A DNA stretch of 63,961 nt, filler included, from Aduncisulcus paluster (Eukaryota), in the NCBI GenBank assembly GCA_024181965.1. It is 15 parts of 15 records of this genome, joined end to end, with 100 filler letters (N's around TTAATTAATTAA, not from the genome) between each part and the next. Parts side by side here need not be neighbours in the genome. Positions count along the whole stretch, not along the records: positions 45,696 to 55,183 come from BQXS01011841.1; positions 55,284 to 57,405 come from BQXS01011842.1; positions 57,506 to 59,981 come from BQXS01011843.1; positions 60,082 to 62,244 come from BQXS01011844.1; 11 more parts are not named here. One strand, given 5' to 3'. Below, one piece after another: positions 48,512 to 61,914 of the stretch. The notes below the pieces were generated by a model that saw only the letters and a program-made list of their open reading frames with translations, searched no databases and was not told the origin of the DNA. Position 1 is the stretch's first letter. Every line of letters starts with the position of its first letter. The translations under genes were made by a program, and so were the position numbers.

Positions 48512-48940
48512 TCTTCATAGATGCTTTTCAAAAACGACTTATTTTTCCATCTCTTGATAATGTTATTCAAATTCCCCAAAATAATTTTATTTCNNNNNNN
48601 NNNNNNNNNNNNNTTTTTAACTTGTAAGATACAGCAGTACAATACCTGTCCTTCCTTAACAATTTTACGTAAGGGAGGCAAACTAACAGAGTTACCACCA
48701 ATTTGTTTGTCAATTAACGATGTTTTGTAGGAAAAGTAATCACTAATTTCACTTCTAGAAACGAAAACAATTGTAGGGCCTGGAATAATCACTTCGATAA
48801 ATTGGTTATGTATGTTATGTACTATACATAGGTAAATTTGTCCAGGTTTATATATCATTCTTCATAGATGCTTTTCAAATACGACTTATTTTTCCATCTC
48901 TTGATAATGTTATTCAAATTCCCCAAAATAATTTTATTTC
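48267..48940. repeat. Gap-flanking duplication 48267-48593 / 48614-48940 (1 SNP)
   Basis: AAAACGACTT vs AATACGACTT, otherwise identical. Confidence 0.9.
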
Positions 48941-49111
48941 GTCAGAGTATACAATGTAATCATAATAGTAGATATTCTAATGTGTTCGAATTGTGATTGG
49001 AATCAGTTATCGGCCATAGCCTGTAAGTACCGGCCATGGACGGTATAAGATGTTGTTTTCTTCATCGAATTTCTCCATTCGATTGCAAGATCAATTTCTT
49101 ACACCTTGGAA

Positions 49112-50586
49112 ATGGTGAATTTTCACATTCTTGGACAACGAGGTGTGTATTATAAGGATCATACGATCCTTTTCCCCCCGAATTTGAACTATGATCTATT
49201 TCCTTTGATTTGTGGGCCTCAAAAAAACATTATCACAAGTTATGAAGAAGATTGGTTTGAAAGTGATGTTTCCGAAAGCCAGTATCTTCAGCTGGTTGGT
49301 TTTCTGAATTGCTGTATTAGAACATTCCATTCTTACCACTCCCAAAAACTCAGAAGCAACATCTTTAAACTCAATGGAACAGACGACCGTTCATGTCAGG
49401 AGTGCATGAACAAAATGAAGTATTGTAGCTCGCAGGGTTTTATCATCTTTTCCATCATTCTTGGGATTTTCCTCGCTTCTTGTGGTGCTTTGTTCATGTT
49501 TGTCATTGATCTTGGTGAATCCCTAAGCTTTCTTCCTCTTATTCTTCTTTCTGTTGGTGCTCTATTCTTGTTATTTGGTCTTCTTGGTCTCTGCATCGGA
49601 AAGGACGCTCTAAAATATTACAGTGCCAATCCTGTATATTTCTTGAATTATCTCCAACTTTGTTGCGCATACATCAATGAATCTCAACTCATTAAGAAAG
49701 GAATGTATCTTCTTGTTGATCCATCCTGTTTTTCTCAGGTAAAACCGTTCTCTGCTCCTTCCTTCGAATTGTATTTCGCTATTCTTCGTATTGACATTCT
49801 TCAATCAATTGGCAACCTGCCCGTGTCTTTTAGAAACTCCCTTCAAATGGCTGGGCTGAGTCCTATCCTTCAATCAAGCTCTGATGATCCATCATCGTCC
49901 CCTATGTTGCCGCTTCTCACTGNNNNNNNNNNNNNNNNNNNNTTGGTCTCTGCATCGGAAAGGACGCTCTAAAATATTACAGTGCCAATCCTGTATATTT
50001 CTTGAATTATCTCCAACTTTGTTGCACATACATCAATGAATCTCAACTCATTAAGAAAGGAATGTATCTTCTTGTTGATCCATCCTGTTTTTCTCAGGTA
50101 AAACCGTTCTCTGCTCCTTCCTTCGAATTGTATTTCGCTATTCTTCGTATTGACATTCTTCAATCAATTGGCAACCTGCCCGTGTCTTTTAGAAACTCCC
50201 TTCAAATGGCTGGGCTGAGTCCTATCCTTCAATCAAGCTCTGATGATCCATCATCGTCCCCTATGTTGCCGCTTCTCACTGGTTCCGTGCCTTTGTTGAG
50301 CATGGCTAAGGATTCTGCTGCACATGTGTATCGTGTCACTTCCCTCCGTGCTGATCCATTTACCGTCTGTGATATGCCCGAAAGCATCATTGCCAATATG
50401 CAACGTGCCCATTTGCTCAGCAAGATAAATCAAATCTTGTCTGGACGAGCAAAAGGAAATGCAGTATCAAAGAAGAAGCAGAAGAAAAGCTCTCCCGCAG
50501 AGGCTGGTATCTTTGGAGAAATGAAGAAAGGTAGGCATGGGCTACAAGTTGACAGCATGGAGAGAGATCTTGAAGGAGGTTTGTGA
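49112..50586 (+). CDS. Two-TM membrane protein (segment 49584-49922 duplicated at 49943-50281 across the gap)
   Basis: Two hydrophobic helices (GFIIFSIILGIFLASCGALFMFVI; FLPLILLSVGALFLLFGLLGLCI). The copies differ by GCA/ACA. Confidence 0.75.
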
Positions 50587-51084
50587 ATATAGCTAGAGTA
50601 GTTTTCATTGAATCTATGAATCTACTCTTTTTGCTTGTTTTTTTTCCCTTTTAAGTTGCTATTGAAACCCGTTGTTTTTATTAAAAAGTTTTTATTTACA
50701 TATTGTTTAACTTTCTCCTTAAGACCTTAACAATAACATGACTCTTTTCAGTTCACACATTCAATTTGAGTGCCTTGAATGAATGTAATGTTCTTTTAAG
50801 CTTATAAGTAATAAGATTAATTCTTAATGTTTAGTTCTCGCAAATTTGTTTTGATTATTGATCAGTTTCGTTGATCTACCCCTGAATCAGGAATCCTGAC
50901 CCAGAATATTCCTGCTTTTGGTCACGCCGTTGCTCTATCTCTTATGAAGATATGAATAAAGTCAATTAATTCTTATCCAATCACTTTGATTATTGAATCA
51001 ATAATTATTGATCATAAATTGGATGTGTGGCAACTCACGACCACTTTCATCGTTGGCCAATTAGAATATATAGCTATAATATAG

Positions 51085-54000
51085 CTAAATAATAATAACC
51101 CCCCCAACCTGAGCAAAAGGACAGAATTGTTGTGTTGTTTTCAAGGAATTTGTGCTAGCATCAACAACAGATTCAATGGGTTGTTTCCTCACAACGGACC
51201 CAATTCCAAATCGTCCAAACTCCTCATCCCAAGAATCCTCTGAGAAAGTTCCATTCGTATACTCATCCCCAAATGAAATGGTTTCCTTACTTATTGTACC
51301 AGCATACACCCACATTTCAAGGTTACCATCACATCTCACAACTAAATCCTCATAAACTCGAACCAGAACACCATCAGAGAAGCTTTTGCAAGGAGGCACA
51401 CCAAACATTGGTTCGAGGGATATGAGTTTCCCAGAGATGGTTGAGAGCATATCTGGATACAACTGTTGCTCACTCGATGCCGCTTGAATCTTTCGATAAC
51501 TCATTTTTGAAGTTTGAGAGGAACATATCTGTTCTGAGGATTCATATTCTTCATCATATCTCTTGCACACAATATCATCATCCAAGGATTGAATCCTTGA
51601 GCAAAACATAAGACCATATTCCTCAGTGAGGATGAAGATTCCATCAGCAATAACCAGGGAGTCAAGTGACGTTACAACAGGACACATTTGAATAACAGCC
51701 GATGTTTGCACGATTTGTGGTGAGTTGGATTCGGCAAGTGATGTGATACTTGGGTCTGCAAATGAAAAAGAAGAGTTCTTGAATGGAACAGAAATAAGAG
51801 CATGTCTATTAATAAATGATGTTAATGAAGCCAAAGGATAAGAATTGAATAAATCATGCAAAGATGGCCAATACTCAAGGGTCGCAATATTATAATGTTC
51901 CATGGTTGTTCCATCAGTGATGATAATACAATTATCCAGATCAGCACACTCATCACAGAAATCACCAGAATACAATTCGTTGCAGATACAAACATTCTCA
52001 AAAGCATCATTCAAATCACAAATCCCCTTTGAGTGGCAATTACATGCAGAATCAAAACAGTCATCACCAGTCCATCCGGTCTTACACCCACATACACGAG
52101 TGCCACTCACAGATCCATCAACACACTCCATGTGAAAATTACCGATATCACATCCACAGTCCTCAGTCTGACATGTATCTCCAATCCATCCTTCAAGACA
52201 ATCACATGCACTCGAATTGGTGGAAGAATCACGGATACACTCACCATGTCCAGAACATATCAAAGATGCATCTTGCTCTGATCCATCCTCTTTGAGCATT
52301 CCACAGATATCAGTCTCACAACTGGTTCCAGACCATCCAAGGTCACATTCACACATGTAAGAACTTGTCAGAGATTCTTCATCAAAGATCGCAGAACATG
52401 AACCATGGTTTGAACAAACCTCAACAGAATCATCATCATTCATTTCAAAGGCACAAGTGTTATCAGAGCAAAGAAGACCAGAGAACCCAAAGTTACATTC
52501 ACAGACATGTTTGTTTCCAGACATCCGAACACACGATCCATTTCCAGAGCAAATAGTACCATCATCATCCTCACAAGTAGGCTCATCACAGATACTACCA
52601 CTATATCCATCATTGCACCAACAGATGTGATCACCAACACACTCACCATGTTCGCCACAATAATCATCAGAACCACACTCGGAGACACATGTCCACTCCT
52701 CACCAACCTGAGAATATAAATATCCATCATCACACGAACAAGCATATTCATAGTCAACTCCACGAAAACATTGGCCATGTCCAGAGCAGAAAGATTCTGA
52801 GACATCATCATACTGACATACAATATCAGTACAATCTGACCCGCCATGTCCAATATCACATTCACAATATGATGCAGTGTCAGAGAGTTGAAGACATGTT
52901 CCAAACCCATTGCAAAACTCTGATGCATCTCCAGATGAAATGGAGCATTGATTATCTTCACAATTGTCCCCACCCCATCCAAGATAACACTCACATTGAT
53001 GTGTTGTGACATTACAAACACCACGTGAAGGATCCATAGTGGTACCACAGACATATTCTGTGCTGTCATCAATACTTACAACAGGACACTGTGAATCACA
53101 TGAGGACCCATACCAACCAGCAACACAGATACAGTTTACGGTAACTTCGGTTTCTGCAGGATCATGCGTCGAAATATCGACACATTCTGCATGCTCTAAG
53201 GAAGCTGATAACATGCATGACAGACAATCAGAAACAATATCTTCATTCCCAGAGTTATCACTCATTGACTCATACTCAATGCACGAGAATCCATCATCAT
53301 TCGAGGAATCCTTCACCCGATACGAATAATCTGAGCAAGTGATGTCATAGATGGGAGAAGGAGAACCATCGTTCAGAACAACAGTGTCATCGTACCACAC
53401 AATATTGCATACCTTGTTCAACCCAACAGATACAAATGAAGAACAATCACATGGGGATTGTTGATTGGTAAGATCATACTGTGCAGACGAACATGTACTT
53501 TCTAAATTAAAATGTTCGTCAAAAGATGTACATACACTGTCTTCCATTGTACAATATGTCTCATATTCTGCCAGGTCATCTGAATCAAGCTGGGACACAA
53601 CTCCACAGATCTTGTTGTAACTAAGATCAACAGTGCATAAAGAGTCACTCAATGCGTACAATGAGGTTGGATCTCGGATAGAATTGTGATCAGCAACAAG
53701 CTGGATAAGGTTAGAGACGGAGGAATCAAACAGTGGCAGGAGTGAAGAGATGGAACTGTTCCCACCAATATCGAGATATAGAAGACTGGAGCCACACGCT
53801 AAGTCTGGAATCTCACTCAAATCACATGAGTGCTAGGAGAGTTTGGTGAGTGACGAGAAAAGAGAAATTGCGGAGACTGAAGAGTCAGAGAGAGTGACGT
53901 TGTCTATGACCAATTCTGAAAGAGATGATAAGATTCCATCGAGATCAGAAATGGAGTCAGCGAAATGAGGACAATTACTCAATGCCAATGAGTCAAGGGA

Positions 54001-55182
54001 TAAGAGTGTTGATAATGGAGAGAGAGAAAGAGATGTAGATACTGAAGTGGATTCTGAACATGTAAAATCCATTGAACTCAGAGTAATCAAATGCTCAATC
54101 CCATTGAAGGTGGAGATATCATCACCAGGACAGGACAGAATCGAAGAAGTTGAAAGATTCCGCAACGAAGCAACACTGAAAAGGGAAGGAACATCTTCTG
54201 TTCGGTGTAAGTAATCATTAGCTCCAACAGAATCCACAAACATATCAGCAACACAGGCATGCAGGATATCATCAACTATCACTTGCTGACACTCTCCTGT
54301 TGTATAAGAAACACCACCAATCACTTCATCACCAAGATATCTACACTCGTATCCATATTCACACCCTCCAGAACAGTTCGTGGTTGATGAATCTGGTTGG
54401 ATACATGAAAAATCCTCAGCAGATGTGTATGACGTATATGAATTACTGGCACACACAACATACCATACGCCAGACCCAGGAAGAGTCTCACTACATACAA
54501 GATTGTCAGTGATCGGAGTGCATGAGGAATCAGAGGTATATGCGATCGAAGAACAACCAGTAGAGTCGCACGTTTGATCAGTTGCAAGATCAGAACCAAG
54601 ATCAAGGCTGAATCCAGCCTCTCCATAATTGTGGAACTTACTACCAAGATCTTCGGTGGACTCAGAACCCATGCAGAGGTTGTTGCCAACAACAGAGATG
54701 GTCATTAAGTTAGGTAAGGAATACATTGGGGAAAGGTCTGAAATGGAACAGTTGATACATTCAAACATTTTAAGGGCAGACATTGAAGACAGTGGCGACA
54801 GGTCAGAAATGGAACAGTTGTTACAGATAAACGTCTCAATGGCCGTCAAGCCTTGCTCAACCAAGGGATATATAGACGAGATGTCACTGTTGTTCGAGAG
54901 ATCGATAGATGTCAGAGTGGATGAGGAAGTTGATAGATCAGGAATGGAAGACAAACCAATATTGTCAAACTTGACACTATGCAACGAAGACATGGAATTA
55001 AGAGTGAGCTGAAGGTCAGAAATTGAAGTCGTGTCAGCAATGTACAGTGTCTCCAGGGATGTACTAAGAGAATCAATCGAAGTGATAGATGTTGTGTTTC
55101 CAAGATCAATCATCTTCAAACCACTAAGGTGACTCGAACCGACCTGAGTGTCAAACCCTGCTTGGACAGTAGGAGTGTCGTA
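51085..55182 (-). CDS. Large LRR (internalin-like) + tenascin/EGF-repeat surface protein, 5'-partial, with an in-frame TAG at 53833-53835
   Basis: LRRs such as LTSIDLSNNSDISSIYPL and many EGF repeats (CSGHG.C..C.C..GW.G..C). The two ORFs in the track are in the same frame and separated by a single TAG. Confidence 0.85.
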
Positions 55183-55459
55183 CNNNNNNNNNNNNNNNNN
55201 NNNNNNNNNNNNNNNNNNNNNNNNNNNTTAATTAATTAANNNNNNNNNNNNNNNNNNNNNNNNNNNNNNNNNNNNNNNNNNNNGAATTAAAATTATTGTT
55301 TGGTACTTATAGTTTCGTTGAATGTTCTTTTGGCGATATGTCAATATGTTCTGAAATTTTTAAATAAAATTCAATTTGAACTTCAAACTTGAAGTTCATA
55401 GTGACTTTAAAGAAATGATGCATCACTAGTATATACACTGCTAATAAAAATATCTGCAA

Positions 55460-56670
55460 ACCAATTTTATTCTTTTTTAATCAATAAAATCTTCGATCCC
55501 AGCAAAATTAATGCTGTATCCAATGATTCAACTTCGCCAAGTTAATTTTGTTGCTATATACAAATCTATTGAAAGTGATTCCCACCAAAATGCATTGTTG
55601 CTGATTGCTGTCAATTGAAATATTCAATTCTAAATATCGAACTATGATGTTTTATTCTCTTTCTTGGGATGAAATTTTTTATCAATGAGAATAAGAGGAT
55701 AAAACATGATAAAAGGTATAATTTCATCCCGAAAACATTTTGTGGAGCAAATGGCATGTATTTATTGATTTGATTCCCCTCTTTATTCACTGTCATTCAT
55801 AACATCTTCATTGTACAATGTCTTAAGAATATTTTCCCCGATATTCCTCGAGTATCATGATAAAAATGTAGCTTAAACTCATTGCAATTCGAGGTTCATG
55901 GTATTATTCTCTCTACTGCTTGTTATTGTGTGTCAATGATATCTGTTTGATTTTCGAACCTTTTCACACATTATTGTTATTTTTATTGACATAAAACTGA
56001 ACTTAAACGTTTGATATTTGCCATACTACTCCCTAAAATACTGCTACAAACTAAAATCTCAACTCTGGTTCTGTTCGTTGCTCCTGGTTTCCACCCATTG
56101 TCTATATCAATGCTGTTACCCCAATCTGTGTGTCACATCTTCTTATTCTTGGATGGTGATTCTCGATTCGTGATCTTTCCTTTGTTTTGCCGAATCCAAG
56201 CTTTTCTCTTCTCTTTGAACATAAGAAGAGAACTAGAACTGTGTCTATGAAGTCTATTCTTTTTATTCTTCGCTTCACCAATCTCCTATCTCTCTATGAG
56301 TAAATTTCCCCCCTTTTACCCCCATCCGTGGGGGTCCCCCCTGTACGGTGGTTGCACTGTACATTTCTTTATTATATTTTTTTCCAAAACAAAAAAAAAA
56401 AAAAAAAAAAAAAATACAAACTTTCCACCGGCGGTGGCTGAGAAAAGTGGGGTAACCTCTACCAAAAAAAATGGTCAAATAGTAATGTACTTATACCTTT
56501 TCATTATTTCTTTGCAATTACAACTCTAATATATGATATATATCGTGTTTCTCCGGCCAGGATGGTTGGGTTTTGTGCCGGCATGCTCAAGTTGAGCAAG
56601 ATAGATTTTATGGATAATAATATTAATTTCATAATTAGCAAATAATTTTATTTGGATGTCGTTTATTCTT
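55460..56670. mobile_element. Dispersed non-coding repeat element, copy B
   Basis: Homologous to 43210-44657, with a core at ~56105-56452. Confidence 0.8.
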
Positions 56671-56847
56671 GACTTTTGGATTTTTTACATGAGATATTGT
56701 TTCGTTATTTGGATGTATATAAGTCAAGAATAAAATAATTTTCGTTATTATATCAACTGGATTACTTGATTAACATATTGGAGGTCGAATTAACAACTAA
56801 TTACTCTCGATCAGACTTCGATTGAAACTTTTCGAGCCTAATCGATA

Positions 56848-57405
56848 ATGGTTTAAGGTATGTATTTGTATTTTGTGATTATCCATTTTTTCATCTTAAT
56901 TTTCCCTTTTATTCTTTTCCCTTTCCTCTTCTATAGAAACTGAATACCAAACCAATTTCATTCCTCCTGGAAAACTGTTTTGGGCACTTGGATGGTCAAG
57001 TTTACTCGCTTCAATGGATATGAGTATCGTTACCACAGCTCTTCCTGCCATGACAGCTGCATTGGATACAACTGAAGCCATTTCTGATTATGTTGGTGTA
57101 GCCTACATGATAGCACTTGCTTCTTTCAGTACCGTTGCAGGGAAAATTGGAGATCGTTATGGAACAGTCATTGTTCATCGTGTTGGAATGTTCTTCTTCA
57201 TTTTCTTTTCTGCCTGTTGTGGAATTCCCTGGTCTATCTATTCCGTTATCGTATTTCGTGCTTTCCAAGGCATTGCTGCTGCTCTTCTTCTTTCAAACAA
57301 TCTTGCCCTTGTCGCCCATCTCTGTACTCATGATGGTATGCAGACAGCTATGATCTTGAACACTCTTTTCGGTTCAATTGCTGCCGCCCTTGGTCCCATC
57401 ATTGG
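56848..57405 (+). CDS. MFS drug:H+ antiporter (DHA2/EmrB-QacA-like), 3'-truncated; probable intron 56858-56936; TAA at codon 3 (possible pseudogene)
   Basis: LLASMDMSIVTTALP..AYMIALA..GKIGDRYG (motif A)..FRAFQGIAAA..ALGPII. The intron reads GTATGT..CTATAG. Confidence 0.85.
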
Positions 57406-57506
57406 NNNNNNNNNNNNNNNNNNNNNNNNNNNNNNNNNNNNNNNNNNNNTTAATTAATTAANNNNNNNNNNNNNNNNNNNNNNNNNNNNNNNNNNNNNNN
57501 NNNNNA

Positions 57507-59360
57507 AAAGACTTGAAGACAGTTTTACTTTTGGAAAAGGAGAAAGAGAAAAAAAAGGAATTAATTGATATGGAAAAAAAAGAAAAGAAACGACTTGCTC
57601 AACTTCGAAAACAGCTCCAAAATGCCCAACTTGACGATGGAAGCGAAGAAGAGGAAGAAGAAGAAGAGGAAGAGGAAGAGAAAGATGTCTCATCACACGA
57701 TGATAGTGATTTTGATGATTTCATCAAAGATCATGGCCATACATTTGATCGATCTTCTCGGTCTGCTCGGCACAAAAGAGTTGGTAGTTCCTCTGTAAAT
57801 AGTCATCATATTCAACAAGACATGCCAAATTTGGAACATAATATGGAATTGGACTACATACCGTCAACGATGTTCTCAACTGAGTCAACTCATTTCTCGA
57901 CTTTACGTTCTCCAGGCCTTGTGCATCCGGTCGCCACAGCCAGAAGTTTATTGAAAAAGCCAGATACCAATGATCCAAGGTTTTTTTACACTGACACTGT
58001 ATCTATTCGTGCTCCAAAAGTTAGTTCTATTTTTAGACATAGTCTTGAGGAAAAAAGAAAGAATGGTCTTTCATTCGTTCTATCAGATCCATCATGTGAT
58101 GTTGCTGGTGCTTCTGCTACAAGTGAAAGCCAACAATCTAAATTAGAATCATCCTCTGATCCGAAAGCAAAGAAACCAACCTCTTCAGGTTCAAAAAAAC
58201 CAAAATCCGAAGGAAATTCCTCTTCCTCTTCCTCTTCCTCTTCTTCCTCTTCCGCTCATAGTGTTTCCTTTCAGAATACTTTAGCTTTCCTACGAGAGAT
58301 GGAGTTACAGTCGATTTCTAAAGAAAGAGAAGGAGGCTATCTCAAGGCAGGCTCTGGTCTTGGGAATGGCCTTGGAAGAGCTCTTGTTGTGAACAAAAAG
58401 CTTGTTCAAACACAAAAACAGATCGACACAATCGCTCTCGACAGTGCCCAGCTTTTATTGGCCGAGAAACAAGAGAAAGTTAGGGAAGAAACAGACATTG
58501 GACGGACAGCCCCACTATTCCAGCGATTTTTTCAGATGATGGGCCGTGAGAGGAGAGTGAAAGTGAGACGAATGAGGAGAGAGAGAGGCTGTGTGAGAGA
58601 AGGAGGAAGAGAGAGGTGGGATTTGGTGAGGAAAGAATCTCAGCAAGACATTCCTGATGGATTACTACATACTCGAGGCGGTCAACAAAAGTCAGAAATA
58701 CAAACATCTTCAGATATTTCTCCATCTTGGAAAGGAAGCAGGAATTCCAAAGACCACCATACTTCTTCCGGCAATCCATATAAATCGTCCCTGCATGAAT
58801 CTAATAACTCAATGTTTGCTCAGGAAACTCTTATAATACCACCATTATATGGGAAAAGACAACCAGCAATGACGAAATATCAAAGATTATCTGCTGGAAC
58901 TCCACTTTCTTCCTCTTCTGTTGGGAAAAAGAAGAAATCAGGAAATTCAAACGCTGATAAACCCCTAATCACATCCAAATCAATTATATCTGAACCAGCC
59001 TTCTCTTCAGTCACTCTTCGAAATGAATTGCGGCACCATGACAGAATGATGTCAAGTATTCTGGCAAACAAACGAGGAGTAAGTTTGATTGCTGAGGCAA
59101 TTGTTAGGGAAAATACAAAATCAGAGCGGCATACACTCTCCACGCGACAACAAGGCGATGAATCTAAAATCTCAAAACAGAGAGGGCAAGGTACCGAGGG
59201 TGAACATCCGATTAAAATTGATAAACGGACTCTTCGAGCGGCTTTGAGAGCAAAGGTTGATGCAGAAGAACGCATTAGAATTCGAAAAGATATCGCTAAG
59301 ACAAAGTTTAATGCAATGATGACGAGTATTGAACAAAAACGAAAATCATCCAAGAAATGA
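57507..59360 (+). CDS. Hypothetical low-complexity protein, 5'-partial
   Basis: More than 615 codons, with poly-Glu and poly-Ser tracts. Confidence 0.7.
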   Translation, partial: KDLKTVLLLEKEKEKKKELIDMEKKEKKRLAQLRKQLQNAQLDDGSEEEEEEEEEEEEKDVSSHDDSDFDDFIKDHGHTFDRSSRSARHKRVGSSSVNSHHIQQDMPNLEHNMELDYIPSTMFSTESTHFSTLRSPGLVHPVATARSLLKKPDTNDPRFFYTDTVSIRAPKVSSIFRHSLEEKRKNGLSFVLSDPSCDVAGASATSESQQSKLESSSDPKAKKPTSSGSKKPKSEGNSSSSSSSSSSSSAHSVSFQNTLAFLREMELQSISKEREGGYLKAGSGLGNGLGRALVVNKKLVQTQKQIDTIALDSAQLLLAEKQEKVREETDIGRTAPLFQRFFQMMGRERRVKVRRMRRERGCVREGGRERWDLVRKESQQDIPDGLLHTRGGQQKSEIQTSSDISPSWKGSRNSKDHHTSSGNPYKSSLHESNNSMFAQETLIIPPLYGKRQPAMTKYQRLSAGTPLSSSSVGKKKKSGNSNADKPLITSKSIISEPAFSSVTLRNELRHHDRMMSSILANKRGVSLIAEAIVRENTKSERHTLSTRQQGDESKISKQRGQGTEGEHPIKIDKRTLRAALRAKVDAEERIRIRKDIAKTKFNAMMTSIEQKRKSSKK

Positions 59361-59627
59361 GTGATTTTGAAGGTTATTGTTATAGATTGATTTGTTATTT
59401 AATATAGAACTTTAAAATAAAACATTGAATGATACATTGTGCGATATTTCGGCGCTTTCGATTTCCAATATCAATAACTCGTTATTTTGCAAAATAATAA
59501 ATGAGAAAATGGAAAAAATATTTTTGCAAATCGAATTTACTCCTCAGTATTAATGCTGAATGTTGAAATAAATTGTTAATTTCGAAAGAATATTAATTTT
59601 GCGTTCAACATTGCCTTTTGGCAACAT

Positions 59628-59981
59628 ATGGTTAAAAAACAACGTGAACCACGCCCCTCTGATTTTTTAGCATCAGTATTTAAGGTGGAGAGAAAGATAA
59701 AAGGTGTACATGCTTGTATTAATTATATTGACAAGATATTGGAGAGCCTAGACGATAAAACACCTACCTCTGCTGAAATAATTACTAAACCTGATCTGGT
59801 CGAAACATCATGTGTGCCGGGAGGACTCCCCTTTATTGAATATCCTGATAAAATCCGTCGTGAGCGAGAAAAGACCCTTCAAACCCGTTGTATTCAAGAT
59901 GGGCTTTATCCAACAGGTATTCCAACCATCGACAAAAGTGACCCAGTGTGGGATATTGTTAATAGTATTTTTAATTCAGTT
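59628..59981 (+). CDS. Hypothetical protein N-terminus, truncated
   Basis: ATG after an AT-rich intergenic region, open to the linker. Confidence 0.55.
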
Positions 59982-60095
59982 NNNNNNNNNNNNNNNNNNN
60001 NNNNNNNNNNNNNNNNNNNNNNNNNTTAATTAATTAANNNNNNNNNNNNNNNNNNNNNNNNNNNNNNNNNNNNNNNNNNNNGATTCAAAAAATGC

Positions 60096-61445
60096 ATGGA
60101 GTATGTAATATCTATATTTATATTATAAAATCATTGTGGATATATTCTTCCACCAATCTTTTTGTCATTTTGACTGAATACTTATTCTAGATCACTTATT
60201 ATTTTTGTTTTATTAGCCCAATTTGCATTAATTTTTGAACAATTTCTTAAATCTCCAATTTCTCTCTCAATTGATGGACCCACACTACCCCCCACTTCAT
60301 CCAGTCTATCTGTTGAATTGGGTTCTTTAGGATGTCCATCATCTCTCCCAGTTGCTCATCCTCACCATATATCTTTACCTCCTGCTTCTTCTCAAGTTCA
60401 AACAGTTCGATATTCCTTTTCATCAGCCGTTGAGGGTGCTGGTGGTCGTAGGCGACACAGTGGTCATGGAAGTATTGATGAATTGACATCTAGAACATCA
60501 ACATCAATGTCTATTCAATCTTTATCTGGGACTTCTTTGTTATGTGCTAGGCGTATTTCTGGTATTGTTCAGGTTGAGAGAACAATTTCTTTACGCTCAA
60601 AAAGTGTTATAACTCAACATATTTTAGCTACAACCCCACTTCGAGCAGGAGATTTCCATCTTATTGTGTCTGATTGTGATGGAAATGTGGCCCAAGCTAT
60701 TGCCACCGGAGTATCTTCTTCTCTCCTCTTCCCGGGTGCTAAAATACTTCTATCTTCGGCAGAATGTATTTGTGTCGGCACTGGAACACTTCCGACGAAG
60801 TCTATTTTGTCTCTGTCGGTCTCGCCTTCGTCGCAATTCCTTGGTGGTCGAGTGAAGTCCTCAATTCAGAGAGAAATATGTCTGTTTAACCCAATGTTGG
60901 GAGCTACTTCGACTGATTTGCGACTCCACGAACTTAGGAGAATTGTTGAGAAGAGCCGCAGTGTCTGCAGAGGAGATGGGATTAGAGATGAGGATGTTCC
61001 TGGTGAGATTCAGCGGCTTGACATTGAATTAAAGCAATTAATAGATGGCCAGATCCCAGGGGGATATCCCCAGGCCACTTTTATTGCTCCCTCTAGGGTT
61101 GGATTGTGTAATGTTCGGCCCCTTGTACTTCGTCTTTTCTGTGGTCCTCAATCGGTATTTTCTATCTCTGAGACTGAATTAAATGAGACCCACCGTGTCA
61201 GTTCGGATGCTTTACGTCGCAGATTACTTGAGTATTGTGTCCGATTCAATGCTTCTGATGGAGAAGTGTATACAATATGTGCTGAATGTGTTCGCAGCAT
61301 TATTGGGATTGAAGAAGAGGAATGGGAGGGTCTCGGTGATAATGAGAAGCAAGAAGCCATGGATAGATTGAAAAGTGTTCTGCTTGATCGAGATGTTAGG
61401 GTCAGAGTCAATGTTGATGAAAAACTCATCATATCCGTTGAATAG
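60096..61445 (+). CDS. Hypothetical protein, possibly OB-fold (RPA1-C/MEIOB-like C-terminus); probable intron 60101-60190
   Basis: ATG GA|GTATGT..TTCTAG|A joins in frame to ORF 60318-61445. The C-terminus is RSIIGIEEEEWEGLGDNEKQEAMDRLKSVLLDRDVRVRV. Confidence 0.55.
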
Positions 61446-61914
61446 ACGACAGGAGCAAAAGATGAACAAGAGGAAGGAGGGGACGATCAGGAAGATGATG
61501 ACAAGGAAGACACAAAGAGTAGCACATCCGAATGATTTTGAACCCTTGTTCTACACTGTGGAATGTCATGGTATGACATTGTCGTTCCCCATTATGCCGT
61601 GGTTTAAAATCGGATATATTATGACACTTAATGTGTTTATGAACTTTGATATTTTATATTGAAGATAGTTTGTTTGATTTTTTTTCTCTGTTTTCCCTTC
61701 ATTTGAGAGATTGTCCTTTCTGATCGCTTCCAAGGCATTAAATAAATATCTATAATATGATCAAGTAATTTCATTTGTTTTTATATTTATTTCGGCACTC
61801 GAACGATTTATTGTGTGGCCCGAATAGTATTGGCTCTGAGCTCTCTTTTTCGTCCATCCTAGTTTTGTCCCCTATCGGCCCGTGTCTTTGTTATTTTTTT
61901 GCAATCATATAATT

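Noticed and set aside
53833..53835. Hexamitid-type TAA/TAG=Gln genetic code
   Set aside because: Long ORFs are otherwise free of TAR codons, conserved genes end in TAA (DYRK1), and the position calls for Leu, not Gln.
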